NCBI GenBank assembly: GCA_030770535.1
Contig: JASVEC010000019.1
Span: 310,001-374,000 of the forward strand
Reading direction: 5' to 3'
DNA length: 64,000 nucleotides
From: Batkoa obscura
Lineage: Eukaryota
Shown: one piece after another, positions 12,529 to 24,780 of the stretch
Numbering within the stretch: position 1 is the stretch's first letter
Layout of the letters: every line of letters starts with the position of its first letter
The notes under the pieces: model-generated
What the model was told of the DNA's origin: nothing
Database searches by the model: none
What the model saw: the letters and a program-made list of their open reading frames with translations, nothing else
Position numbers and translations under genes: made by a program

Positions 12529-12618
12529 GGCTTCCTGAGGGATTCGAACCCGCATCTTAGGAGGTTATATCAAATATGATTGGAAGGACCCATGTACTAC
12601 CAGTTGTACTAAGGAAGC
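12529..12618 (-). tRNA. tRNA or tRNA pseudogene with intron-like insert, most likely Gly(TCC)
   Basis: Minus strand shows a perfect acceptor stem GCTTCCT/AGGAAGC, D-arm GTAC-AACTGGTA-GTAC, T-arm GCGGG-TTCGAAT-CCCTC, CT-TCC-A followed by ~17 extra nt, and a T6 run ~10 nt downstream. The anticodon stem is imperfect. Confidence 0.7.
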
Positions 12619-12718
12619 TATTTTACTAGATATACTTTAGGATTATATTTAAATAAATGTACTTGCAATTTTTTACTAGCAACTAGCTTTGTAGCTTTTT
12701 GTAAAAGCAAAAGTAAAT

Positions 12719-12815
12719 GGGGATTGCATTTTGTATTTAAGAGTTTTACTAGCAATTTTTCCGTTTAAATACCACTTAAAAGGGGGAAAAAGCAATGAAG
12801 TAGAAAATCACCTCC
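12719..12815. mobile_element. MITE family copy, TSD AAAT
   Basis: GGGG...CTCC flanked by AAAT at 12715-12718 and 12816-12819. Partial copies also lie at ~12365-12390 and 12421-12459. Confidence 0.85.
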
Positions 12816-13055
12816 AAATATTGAAAATTGCATATTTGTATATTGTAATAATACTAATATAAAAATTAAGCTAATTTTATACAAATTAATAAAAAAGGAC
12901 AAATATTAAAAATAAATTGGAGATGTCTAAATTAGTTTCATTTTTTTATCCAATTTTAACTATTTTGCATTTTAAAAACTTCACTTAAAATTCTGTAGAA
13001 ATAATTTTTTTATTAAAAAGCATAAATACCCAGACACAGTTCTAAATTACTATAT

Positions 13056-13152
13056 GGGGATGTATTTTTGTGTTTAAGAATCTTACTAACAATTTTTCCG
13101 CTAAATAGTGTTCGAAAATGGAAAAAATAATGAAGTCAAAAAAAACACTCCC
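13056..13152. mobile_element. MITE family copy
   Basis: Near-consensus with ATAT flanks. Confidence 0.9.
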
Positions 13153-13352
13153 ATATTATAGTTTATACTGTAAGTTGATTGAGTTTCTACTAGAACTTAA
13201 ATACATATTCTTATAAAGCCTCATTGAGAAATATTTATTATTGACTGCTTTATAACCAACATTGCAGATTTACTATCAAATAAGTAAACTATTTTAATGT
13301 TATAATTATATTATTAATATATTACTGAGTTAATAAATAGCTGCATGCGAGG

Positions 13353-13816
13353 TGTGAAACCTGGTACTCAGTGATTGGAGTCAATAACAGCTATTACCTG
13401 GTTGAATACACTGTAAGTCGAAAGGTCTTAGTTTATGTGACTAAGATAGACTTGAATTATGAAGAACATCATGTAATAGGCTATGGACTATATAAGACAA
13501 ATAGAATAAACAATGTTGATGTAAAATCTACGTAGAATATTATCAAGAAAACTTAGTGGCTTTATTAAATGTTTGAGATATCAGGGAATAATTCAATTAA
13601 AAAGCCTAGAGCTATTATGTTTTAGAATCTCTTTTGTACTCCGACAAGTATCGATATCAAAAGAAGAGGATAATATTCTTTGGGATGAAGTTAAAAATTC
13701 TCATAAAAAATCAAAATAAGGACATGGGATTGATTGTTTCTGAACTCGAGAACACAACAACTTAAGTGATTATTATGCTATAATCAATCATAGAGCTGAC
13801 AAAGCTATATTTCAGA
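13353..13816. mobile_element. 464-bp solo-LTR-like element, copy 1 (TSD GAGG)
   Basis: Colinear with 45019-45482 and the same length. Starts TGTGAAA, ends TTTCAGA (the other copy ends TTCCACA), with GAGG directly repeated on both sides. Confidence 0.75.
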
Positions 13817-14456
13817 GAGGGAGTGGTTAGCCCCAAAACTATAATTAATCATCCCTATATGGTACAAGTAATATAATAATAGTTTTTAAATATTATTACA
13901 ATCACTTGCTCTTTGACTATATATTAACTTACCTATTAATAACTTAAGTAATATTAACATTTAACAATTGATTTCTATCATTTAACAAACTACTTAGTAA
14001 ACATCGAAATTTTTAAATTCTCTGTTATTTTCGTAAGATAAGCTGGGATTGATCTTTTAATTTTTCTATTTTCTATAGACTCTATAACTCTAATTGGAAC
14101 TATATTGCTTTTTTTTGATGTATCAGATACTGGATAACAATGTAGTTTATTGTTACGTTTAATAAAATGTAAATACTTTTTAATGCCTCATATTTTTATC
14201 ATTTTTTTTGTATTTTTGTTTCTTTCATAGTTTTTAAAAATTATAACTGTTTTTGTATTATTAACAGTCGAGTTATTAATTTTATTGTTCACAAATGAAA
14301 GTCTCAAATCTTGAAATTAATTGATTGATATATTCTATTTTACTTAATGCTTTAAAACTACTTTTTCATTGTGAAAGATTTCCAAAATGTCTATCAACTA
14401 TGCTTTTTCCATGATGATCAGCAAAAAAATTAAGATCAGTATTTAGACTATTATTT

Positions 14457-14555
14457 GGGGATGATTTTTTTGATTTCATTACTTTTTCCACCTTTTAAGC
14501 GCTATTTAAGCGGAAAATTTGTTAGTAAAATTCTTAAATACAAAAATATATCTTC
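14457..14555. mobile_element. MITE family copy, TSD ATTT
   Basis: ATTT at 14453-14456 and 14556-14559. Confidence 0.88.
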
Positions 14556-14863
14556 ATTTATTTATTAATTTTTTTAAATATATAACGTAGAAACTCTTGA
14601 GATTTAAAATGATTTCCTGTATCTGTCTATATATTAATTTTTGTAAACCTTTTAAATAAAAGCTCTATAGAGATTAAATCAATTAAACAATCTCCTGCAT
14701 ATACTGAGTCATGATTTAGTATTTCAGATAAATAATCAAAATAAAATTCTGTCTATTGTTTTATCATCTCTCAAATATAAAACACCAAAACCTAATACTT
14801 ATATGGCTTGTTTATTATAATGATCTAAATTTACTGAATCTGGTCTTGTTCCTATTTCCATAC

Positions 14864-14962
14864 GGGGATGTTTCTTTTGGCTTCATTATTTTTTCTATCT
14901 TTCAAGCGCTATTTGAGTGGAAAATTTATTAGCAAAGTTCTCAAACACAAAAATACATCCCC
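14864..14962. mobile_element. MITE family copy
   Basis: GGGG...CCCC termini and family core. Confidence 0.85.
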
Positions 14963-15080
14963 ATATAGTTATCAAATATTATCAAAAATGTTTTTAAAGA
15001 AATGTTTAGATAGTTTAATAAGATATTCAAAATGAAATGGTCAAGTGAAGTTATAAGAATGAAAGTAGGTTAGCTTAAAC

Positions 15081-16771
15081 TTAAGTATACCAAAGTAATG
15101 TAAAGTCCAGCTTAAGATCTTTAGGACTAGAAATACCAAGGGATGGAAGGATAGGATAATCGCGATGGATAGAGTCTGAAGGTAAATCGACTTTAAAAGT
15201 TAATAATAACAATATTAAAAATATTTTTTGTTCCAAAATAGAAAACTGATTTCCAGTATACATACGTGGTCTGATACTAAATCCAATCATGTCTTTGGTT
15301 AATTTTTTGTTAATTTGAATCTCTCCATTTTCATTTAGGACCAAAAATCGATCCAGATTAAACTCTTTTGGATTCTTGAATTTCTTTTCATCATTCATTG
15401 CTAATGCAAAATTCAATAGCAATGGCTGTCCTTTTTTAAATTGAATTTCATTATTAAAACAATAGTCTTCAGCTACTTTTCTAGTTATTATAGTCGCTAC
15501 TGGTGTAATTCTCATCCCTTCACTAATAACTGCTTCAAAATAGATTATTTTATTTAATTCTTCATGAGTTATTTTTATATCTTCATTAATGTTTTTTGCT
15601 TTTACTCCTAAAACGTGAATAATTTCATCTCTTAATCTATTTTGAATATCCTAAATAATGAAATTAAATATTTAGAAATAACAGATTTAAATTATAATGA
15701 TACTTGATTTTTCGATAGAAAGTATAAAAGACATGATAAGGTATGAGCGGTAGTGTTATGTCCGGCAATAAAAAGTAAAATTACGTCACTCTAAATAATT
15801 AAATTGTATTATTTATATAGTAAATTTTCAACTTACAGTAATTTCTTCATCAGTTAAGCCATTAAATGTACTATGATCATTATCTGAAGACTGAATCAAC
15901 ATAGTTAATAAACTTAATTTAACATTATCGATACCGCATTTCTTAATTTACTCTCTTTTTTCATTAATTAAATTCTCAACTAATTGATAAAACGATCAGT
16001 ATCTTTCTTTAATTGAATTACCGACGGAATAGGTAAGCTATGTAAGAAAGGAAACAGTAAAAACCATACATTATTTATACCTTCAATAAATTTGATGTAA
16101 AGTGACACTATTTCACAATTTTCATCTTCAATTGAATTAGTCAACATGAAAAATAGATAAACCCAAACTATCTAAAGTGGAATTCTTCAATACATCAATC
16201 AACTTAAAGTTATTCTCATCCTTTTTCATATAGTTTATCATTTTAAAACCGGCTTTAATAAATATATTAATATCCCGGCCTCTTTTAAACGCTGGGTTAA
16301 TAACTCTTTTATGTCTTTTCCACTCCTCACCATCCACAACAGCAATGTTTTGGTCCAAAGATACAATTCGTTTAAATTGTTTAAATTGGTTGAGTTTAAT
16401 GAAATTATCACTATCCATCAATATAGTTTTAATTGTATCTAAATCAGAAACCATTATAAACCATGTCCCTAACCAAAACTTAATGTGTTTATTTATTTGA
16501 AATAAAGGTATGAATAACTCTTTCTCTTTTATATCTAATGGTGTTTGTTTTATAGTGTGATAAATAAACTTAAATATACTAGTGGATGGCAAACTATCAT
16601 TTGGATCTTTTTGTTTTTTGATGAAAATATATGGGGATGTATTTTTGTGTTTAAGAATTTTACTAACAAATTTTCCGCTTAAAAGGTGGAAAAAGTAATG
16701 AAATCAAAAAAATCATCCCCATATGTTGATACTATTAGTACTAAAAATATTGTCAAGATATAATGAAGCAT
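15081..16771 (-). pseudogene. Cytochrome P450 pseudogene
   Basis: Has WKRHKR C-helix, FIAGHNTT I-helix, EGMR ExxR and FNLDRF. The heme motif reads FSIRPRMYTG, so the axial Cys and the conserved Gly are lost. There is a frameshift/stop near 16137 and more near 15950-15990, and a MITE is inserted after codon 17. Confidence 0.9.
16633..16720. mobile_element. MITE copy (88 bp, internal deletion) inserted in the P450 membrane-anchor coding sequence
   Basis: GGGG...CCCC with ATAT flanks. Removing the element plus 4 nt restores the frame MLHYILTIFLVLIVSTY-IFIKKQKDPNDSLP. Confidence 0.92.
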
Positions 16772-17766
16772 CTTTTTTATTCTTGTCTATAATATTCCCT
16801 ACCTATTTATACTTTTTTTCTGCTTAATTCATAGCATCAGGCTCCGTCATTTATATTTTATAGTGTTAGTATTTATAAAATATAAGTTGACCCGACCATC
16901 AAAACCTCAGTCTTTTTATTGTTCCATTGAATTATCTAAATCAATCATAATTTCGCCTTACATATGCTTTAAAAATAATGCACCTAATTTTTAATTAAAC
17001 TCCATTCAGAGGGTTTCTATTTGATTACTATAGTTAAAACGAGGAAATTCCCCAATGATATTTGAACATGCCTTAGGTTACAAATCCAAGAAAAAGGTAA
17101 GCCCAAAATCATAACCAAAAGCTTTTCAATTTGAGTTGGCTTAAATATAGGATTTATAAGATTACTTTGTAAGTAATCTTCCTTTTATAAGTAAAAAAAA
17201 GAAGGCTATTGGCTGCAATAGCAAACATCTCTTATATCTAAAAACAATACTATTCATATAAAAAACTTGACTGTAGCAGTTTTACACCCTTGATAACCTG
17301 GATTTGCCCAAAGAAGGGGACTACCTTAGAAATAACTTCATATAGTATACCGATATCGGAAAAAACTCTAAATAGACCAACTCATGTAATTATTTAATGG
17401 CTATGCTCTAACTAACTATAATAGTATACAACCTCTTGTTAATATAGTTTTATTATATTAAGCTATTTAACTTAATTGATTTTATTATTAAATCAATAGA
17501 TTCGAATCATTAATGTTTTAAAATAAGACGTTTATTAGTATTATAAAATTTAATAATACTTTATAAATAGCTAGGGTTTTAAATATTAATGAATTTTAAC
17601 TTCTATTATTGAATATATTTAAATAAACCAATACTATGAAAAAGCCATTAAATTTCAAATTAGTATTTATTATGCTTTAATAAAATATCTTTCAAGTTGT
17701 ATTAATTATATCCAGTTATATTCAATTACAAAATAATATTAAAAAAATGTTAAAATAATAAATTTA

Positions 17767-17859
17767 AGTGTTTTTTTAGCTTCATCATCTTTCCCATCTT
17801 TTAAGCACTATTGAGTGGAAAAGCTGTTAGTAAAATTCTTAAAATAAAAACACATCCCC
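17767..17859. mobile_element. MITE family copy (one end eroded)
   Basis: Family core and CCCC end. Confidence 0.8.
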
Positions 17860-19871
17860 AGATCTATAACTTTGATTTATTTATTTGTACCTTCATGTCA
17901 ATTTATCTAAAGTATAAAACAGGTTTTTAATATTAAATAATACACACACATGTTTCTTGCTTAAAAATAGTCAATAGCATAGCTGCATATAAGTAGATAA
18001 AATGGTAGAGTAAAAAAGTATTTCTATACTTTTACTATGAACCGCTACTCCATCCCTAAATTAACCTTTACAAAAAAACATGCTCCTGCGGAGTACAGGC
18101 TATCTCAACTGATTTCTGGGACTCTAAAATTAGAACTGCTTCTTTTTACTCAATAAATTCTCATTTAGTAACCTCCTTCCATCTAAATGACCTCTTATCT
18201 GAACTGTTTACTGTTACTTTTATGTAGTCTTTTAAAAACAAAAACACTTCAGTAGTTTTATTTTCAAGACAATTTCAATAGAAGCAATTACATATACATA
18301 TACTAAATATATCACAATATCTTTATCAAACACTTGGAACAATTTATTAATACAACTCTTAGTAAATTAATTCTGAAAAGATCTAATAATAATAATTCAA
18401 AGACAATTATTATTAAAAAACGAGACACTATATTTTTAATGAGATATTTGAAATTTTGGGTTAGATGAATAATTTTTCAGATTATTTTCAATTACTAATG
18501 ATATACCTTTAGTATAAAAATAAAAATAAAAATAAAAATAAAAATAAAAGTAAATATCGTTTTTTTACTAAAAGCTTGATTAAGTTTACAAATTACCACT
18601 TTTAAAGCTAATTACTCTATAAAAGGTTAAAAAGTAATTGTCAAAAGGTTATTAAATTAAATTTCCTTTCCTCCTGTTTTGGGATATTTTTTAAATTTTA
18701 ATAAACTAGTGCCAAATCGGAGTTAATATAGCTATATCTATCTATTCAAAGCTAACGTTTTGTATTATTTTATATTATACGAACTAGTAATGAATTAAAA
18801 GACTTTTACATACTATCTTTTGTATTATAGGAGAGATTTCAAGTGTATTTTATTGACTATTAAAATTATTAATTACTTTACCTCAAAGCTATTAATCAAA
18901 AGCTACAATATTGAGTTTAAAAAGTATGACATTTAAACATAAATAGTCTAAAATCAGGTACACAGAAATAAATTCTACAAAAAGAAAGACCTATTCATGA
19001 TAACAGTTTTAACTACAACTTATAGCAATTTGTCACTAAACTAATTTACTAAATAAATAAACATCATAATTTGTTGATAATATACAATTATATTAATGGG
19101 TATCAAAAATGAAAAAATTAGATTATTCATGGCGTTAAAGTTTCAAATTTGGAAAATAAACTTTAGAGCATAAAATTACTTAGTGCCTTCACGTTAATGT
19201 TCCCTCCTTCCTTTTTGTTAAGGGAACATTTTTTATTTGGCTTCTCCTTTCCAAAACTACCGATACTCTCCCGGTTCCTTTTAACTAAATAAAAACATAA
19301 AGTCTTCGGGTCTTAAGTTAGAAAATAATATTTTTTAATACCTTAAATTGAATTTAATGATTTGGTGTCAGCCAAGTAAATTTAAAGGTAAATTTTGTTT
19401 GCTGAGCTAAAATTCTCAATTATTTTTATTGCCAGATAAATCTATTTATAGTATTAATTCTATTAATTTTTTCTTGGCAATCCTAATAGAAGGAAGCAAG
19501 TCTAAATTTTGCCTATAAATTGTTCAAAGAGTTTACTTGTATTCTTCTATTTGACCGTTTAATATTTTATTCGAATAATTCTTTTCATTGTCAAAGTTTG
19601 GTAAACTATTATTGGACAAGAGACAACTATGGAAGAGCTAGGCTATTTGTTTGGAGTCTAAGGCATTAAAATGACCCATCAATTAGATCATTTTATAGTA
19701 AAGAATATCAAAAAATTACTAACCACCTAAAAATAGATAAGCAAAACTAAAAGCTATAAAAAGAAGAGAAAGAGAATGGGAGTTACACAATTATAAAAAA
19801 GTTAACGGAAAATCAAAAAATCAAGTTGATTATTGAGTTTTAACTAATTGCTCTTTTTATTTTATTTATTA

Positions 19872-21197
19872 ATGTATTTCAATTTCTGTATCTTATTGTT
19901 TCTGTCATGTTCACTACATGTGTTTTCAAAATGTTTCCAACATCCTAAACCTACTGAAAAAGGCTTCATGACAGAAGTGCCTTGTGAGTACGAAGAAGCA
20001 GACTTGAAACAACCCAATAAACAAAGGCTTGTAGGAAATTCAGATTTGAAAACAAATGGAACTGACCCAAATAATATGTTTCAAATATCTTTATCATGTC
20101 AATTAGATTCAACTACTTGCGGAAACGTAAAACAAACATTCGAGACGGCTACTTCTTATCTTTCAAATATTATTAAGTTCAAATCCCCAGTTACTGTTCA
20201 AGCTTCTTTTTATTCTTTCTGTAGAACAAATGGTGATTGTGCAACTTCTCAGATTACTTTAGGCCAAGCAGCTGCTGCAAGAAGTGTGGCTTTAAAAGAT
20301 GATGATGGGCAAGAAAGGCTGTATCCTCAAGCTTTAGTGAAACAAATGAAATTGTCTCCAATGCCACGTATATCATCCTTTGATATTATAGCAGAATTTA
20401 ACTCAGATGCCAGCTTTTGGTTTGGTTCAGGTCCACTTTCAAAGAATCAAGTTGATTTTTTACTAGTCGTATCTCATGAGTTGGTTCATGGATTAGGATT
20501 TGCATCTGCATATTCAGACTACTTTAGTGATGGTAATCCACAAGTTTTAACACCGAATCCAGAAGTTGGGCGTAGTAGTTCAGGGCAGCTTGCGTTAACT
20601 GGATTCTACGAGAATGTATTTGATAGATATGTAAGTATATTGGGTACTGGACAAACATTTTCAAATTATACTCAGCAAATAAACCAATTTGCGTCTACGA
20701 AATCCTTATATAAAACCTCAGATGATTTAGCTAATGCTTTTGTAAACTCAGATCAATATAGTGTGGGTCAAAAATTATTAAGTATAGCGTCAACAGCAAA
20801 TACCCTTGGTTTTCAATTAGGCAAGGAAGTATCCACTGCTTCAAATGGTATACTGCAATTAGAAACTAGTCTAAAACCATTTGCTATTGGTTCTTCAATA
20901 TCACATGTATCTAAAAGTGCTTATAGTAATACTGAAGAGTTTTTAATGAGATATGAGTTAGCACCAGGAGTTTCATTAAATTCAGAAGTTTCATCATTAG
21001 GAACTTGGGGATCCGAACCCTATGGACCAGGATTGGTTGCAGTGTTAAGTAAGATGGGATATCCAACTAATGATAATCCCAATCCTATTGTGAAAGCACA
21101 AAACCCATCTGGTAGCATAAGCTTGTTTACTCAAAGTAACAGTTGTATTACACTTTTAATTTCTACCATACTAGCGCTTTGGACATGGATTGTATAA
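19872..21197 (+). CDS. Secreted, probably GPI-anchored, HExxH zinc metalloprotease-like protein
   Basis: Signal peptide MYFNFCILLFLSCSLHVFS, motif VVSHELVHGLGF, downstream GSSISH and FLM, and a C-terminal hydrophobic tail ITLLISTILALWTWIV. The first ATG is at 19872. Confidence 0.8.
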   Translation: MYFNFCILLFLSCSLHVFSKCFQHPKPTEKGFMTEVPCEYEEADLKQPNKQRLVGNSDLKTNGTDPNNMFQISLSCQLDSTTCGNVKQTFETATSYLSNIIKFKSPVTVQASFYSFCRTNGDCATSQITLGQAAAARSVALKDDDGQERLYPQALVKQMKLSPMPRISSFDIIAEFNSDASFWFGSGPLSKNQVDFLLVVSHELVHGLGFASAYSDYFSDGNPQVLTPNPEVGRSSSGQLALTGFYENVFDRYVSILGTGQTFSNYTQQINQFASTKSLYKTSDDLANAFVNSDQYSVGQKLLSIASTANTLGFQLGKEVSTASNGILQLETSLKPFAIGSSISHVSKSAYSNTEEFLMRYELAPGVSLNSEVSSLGTWGSEPYGPGLVAVLSKMGYPTNDNPNPIVKAQNPSGSISLFTQSNSCITLLISTILALWTWIV

Positions 21198-21806
21198 AAG
21201 TATAAATTGAAGTAACATTACTAATAGTTAATTGGAAATATAATAGATATCAAATAATCTTATATTTTCTAATGAAATGTAACAAGTTTTTATTATAAAA
21301 TTCCTTTTTATTTAATTGTAATTTAACTTATTAAAAATAAAAGCAAAGTTTATATTAATTGTATTTTAACCTATTTACTTAGTAAAAAAATTTGCTAAAT
21401 TAGTATAATACTGTTATTTTAAATAATAATACTAATTTTATAATTCGATTTTAGTTTAATTTAATTTTAATTTTAAATTTTTTGGGAAAGTTGCATAAAT
21501 ATCCTCCTAATTATTTAATAATAATGATGGGGCAACAAAAAGCTTAACACGAATTTAATATTTAAAGTATAAAAGGAATATTGGATATTGTACCAAGCAA
21601 GATGCGTTCAAATCGCAAATTAAGAAAAACATGGACCTTAAAACACTAGTTGACAAGTATCTAAAGCAGATAACAGAGTTTAAAAGTCATTACAACAATG
21701 CCATTTTGGTAAAGAAAGAGAAAGATAATTATTCTTTTTATATTTATACCAATATGAGTTATTATTATTTATAGAGTACAGCCTAAATAAAATAAATTAT
21801 TCATAT

Positions 21807-21905
21807 GGGGCTGTTTTTTTTGGCTTCACTACTTTTTCCATCTTTTAAGCGTTATTTGGGTGGAAAAATTGTTAGTAAAATTCTTAAATACAGAAATACA
21901 TCCCC
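21807..21905. mobile_element. MITE family copy
   Basis: GGGG...CCCC with ATAT flanks. Confidence 0.9.
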
Positions 21906-22015
21906 ATATTTTTCTAAAAGCAAAGTAAATTTCTCAGAAAAACGTTTTTAGGATTCAACAAGCTCAAAGACCTATGTTCATAAATATATCGAATGGAGAG
22001 CAAATATCAAGATAT

Positions 22016-22112
22016 GGGGCTGTTTTTTTTAGTTTCATTATTTTTCCATTTTTTAAGCGCTGTTTGAGTGGAAAGATTGTAGTAAAATTCTTAAACAAAA
22101 AAACACATCCCC
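22016..22112. mobile_element. MITE family copy
   Basis: GGGG...CCCC with ATAT flanks. Confidence 0.9.
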
Positions 22113-22790
22113 ATATATACAAAACAAAATAAACTCAATAAACTGGTTACTACTGATGATAATAGATCACAATTATGTATTGTTATTGATTAATTCCAAT
22201 ATAAATAAGCCGAGTACAAAGGATTGTGGGGTATAATAGAGTTTTAGCTTCTATGTCTTTATAAATCTATTTTACTATAATAAATATAATTTTATAACTT
22301 ACCTTCTACTTGAACTTAAAGTCATTGTTAAATAATATGTAGTTATTTGAAACTATTTGTTCTGTTATAAGGTTTATACCCCAAGTGTTTCGTTGGTTAT
22401 AATAAAAAATTAAATACTTGTCAGCCCAATTTAAGAGACTGAATAGTCAATAACATTCTGGAAGAGAAAATTCAAGTCAAGTTGATTTTTTTCTTTTGGT
22501 AGAAGGAGAGAGCGGAAAGGTAAACAGGTTTAGTTTTATCTTTCAGGGCATTTGTTATTGGATAATTAAGGAAAGAGTAGATCATTCAACTTTGAATTGT
22601 AAAAAATAGGTTTAGACAACAGCTTGATTACAATTTTCAACTTTTGCTTCAAAAATAGAACAAAGAGGACTTTCGAAATTAGCAACTTTGCTTTTGAGAG
22701 TTCATTTTGAGCAAATCCTAAATTCAAACTTTAACAAAAGTTAAAAAAAGGTTGTTAACCTTTAAGGTTTTAAAGTTAAAAAATAAAACA

Positions 22791-23226
22791 ATGGTAATGA
22801 ATACTAAAAATAGACAAGTAAAAAAAACTGATAATGATTTAGTTGGAACCAAGCCAAGAAGTAGAAGTAAAAGTAACATATCAAGATCAAAATGATATTA
22901 ATACATTTTCAAAATTAACTCAAACCCAAGAGTTAGTTTTAAATGAAATTGAAGCATTAAAACAAGAACGAGAATACCTTGAAGAATTAAGTGAAGAAAT
23001 GGAATTAATGGATGAAGAAGAGCTAGTACCTTATCAAATTGGTGATTCTTTTATTGAAATGAAATTGGAAGAGGTTCAGGAAAAGATTTCTTTAGAGTTG
23101 GAAAAACTTAAATTAAATTTAGAAGGAAAGCAAAACCAAGCGGATAAGTTAGTGAGTGACATGAAGGCATTAAAGACAAAATTGTACGCTAAATTTGGTT
23201 CAAGTATACATTTAGAAAAGGATTAA
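22791..23226 (+). CDS. GIM3: Prefoldin subunit 4 (ATG-only first exon; intron 22794-22842)
   Basis: VTYQDQNDINTFSKL, VPYQIGDSFIEM and LKTKLYAKFGSSIHLE are typical of PFDN4. ATG|GTAATG...TTTAG joins in frame. Confidence 0.92.
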
Positions 23227-23309
23227 AGAAAATAAACTATTTTTTAAAATTATTGTTTTATGAATATACTAATTTATTTGTTATAAGATTGAATTATAAA
23301 TTATTAACT

Positions 23310-24271
23310 TTATCCTAATTTAAAATACAAAATTAAGAGGATAAGTGCTACTAAAAGGGCTATAATACCAATAGCCATAAAGCGATTCATCATCATACTA
23401 AAAAAAGAAACTAAATAAAATCAATAATTAATTAAATATATGGTACCGTCTAGCCATTTCCTTTAAAGTTCTTTGAGCTGTATCCAAAGAAGAATCAGCT
23501 TCTCTTAACTACAAACCGTTAATTTTTTGATCAACTTAATTCTATATACATTACCGTATCTCTCGTATTAATAATTTGTTCACGTTGACCTCTTAAATCA
23601 TTTAATATTCCTGCACCCATTTGTTCTACATTTATAATATTTGTTATCTTATTAATTCAACTTAGATATTATTGGTTTACCAGTCTCTAAAGCCAAACGA
23701 TGAGAATTTTCTAATCTAGCAGAAGATTGGTTCAACCTATCAGTACCACTAAGTAAAACACTCCTTTGTTGTTGTTCGTTTCCTTCAGAGCCTAATAATT
23801 GTTCTCTTTCAACATGACTAGTTTGAGCACTACGTTTCTATAATCAAAAAATAAAAATTAAGCTTTTTTTTAATAATCTATAATTACCAAGTCTCTTTTA
23901 AGAACTAATAGTTGGTTTTTATACCCTTTAAATCTTGCTTGATATGGAGATCTTATCGCTTTATTTAAATTATTCAATTCCAACTCCATTTGAGACAACT
24001 ATACTAATTTAGCATAATTTATCTATTAATGCTAAAGATCTTACTATCTCTTCTCCTTCTTCGCATTCTCTTTCAGCTGATCTTACTAAAGTTTTCTTCA
24101 GTTCTGTTTTAATTTTTAATATTAAAATATAAATTTATTTAATGATATTTTACCTCCTTGTGCAACGATAATATCCTTCTTTATCTTTGCTTCTAAAGTT
24201 TGAAATAAGTTTTTGTATTCTAATTCATAACTTTCAAATAAAGTTGCTCCTCCATATTCACTATTCATCAT
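23310..24271 (-). CDS. VTI1: Vesicle transport v-SNARE Vti1 (many short exons)
   Basis: Translated by hand: LFESYELEY, QMELELNNL, QQRSVLLSGTDRLNQSSARLENSHRLALET-EQMGAGILNDLRGQREQIINTR, and a C-terminal TM MAIGIIALLVALILLILYFKLG*. Confidence 0.9.
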
Positions 24272-24780
24272 TTTTTAAATAAAGAAATAAAACTTTGGTG
24301 GCTTGGTGACTGAGTTTGACTTTACGGTTAAATTTGTTGTAACTTTTTGGGTAAGGGCGATTTTTTTTACCTATTGCTTAAATTGCTTGATCCGAAATTT
24401 TTGATATTTAGTATGAAAATTAGGCCTTTTCAATTGTTTCTACTTCTTATTACAGACAAATGGTTAAGTTGTTGGTCGCAACAGTAATACATTTTGAAAA
24501 CTCAATTCTTAATGTAGTATCTCATTGCTACAATCGTATACTCCTAGGGTTTAGAGTTTACCCAAAAATATAACCAAAAACTAGGTTTATCTTGTAAGTC
24601 AAACTCGAAAATGTTCAAGTCAATCCAGTGTTTAACTCATCTACCATTCACTTAATGTTACTTTATATTACTAATCTAAATATCGCTTCAATTTGGGTTT
24701 AAAATAAAAAAATTGTTTAAAAATGATATCAATATACTAAAGAAATTAAATAATAAATACGTTTGCAATTTATTTCATAA

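Noticed and set aside
12529..12618. Selenocysteine tRNA (a TCA triplet lies in the insert)
   Set aside because: The arms have canonical 7/5 geometry with a 4-bp D stem and no long variable arm; the TCA is not in an anticodon position.
13400..13460. Hammerhead ribozyme or group I intron in the 464-bp repeat
   Set aside because: A GAAA and a hairpin are present, but I found no CUGANGA core or P/Q/R/S set.
16850..18250. GC-richer intergenic patches (also ~21520-21720 and ~30880-31070) that may be decayed TEs
   Set aside because: No recognisable ORF, termini or second copy in the window.
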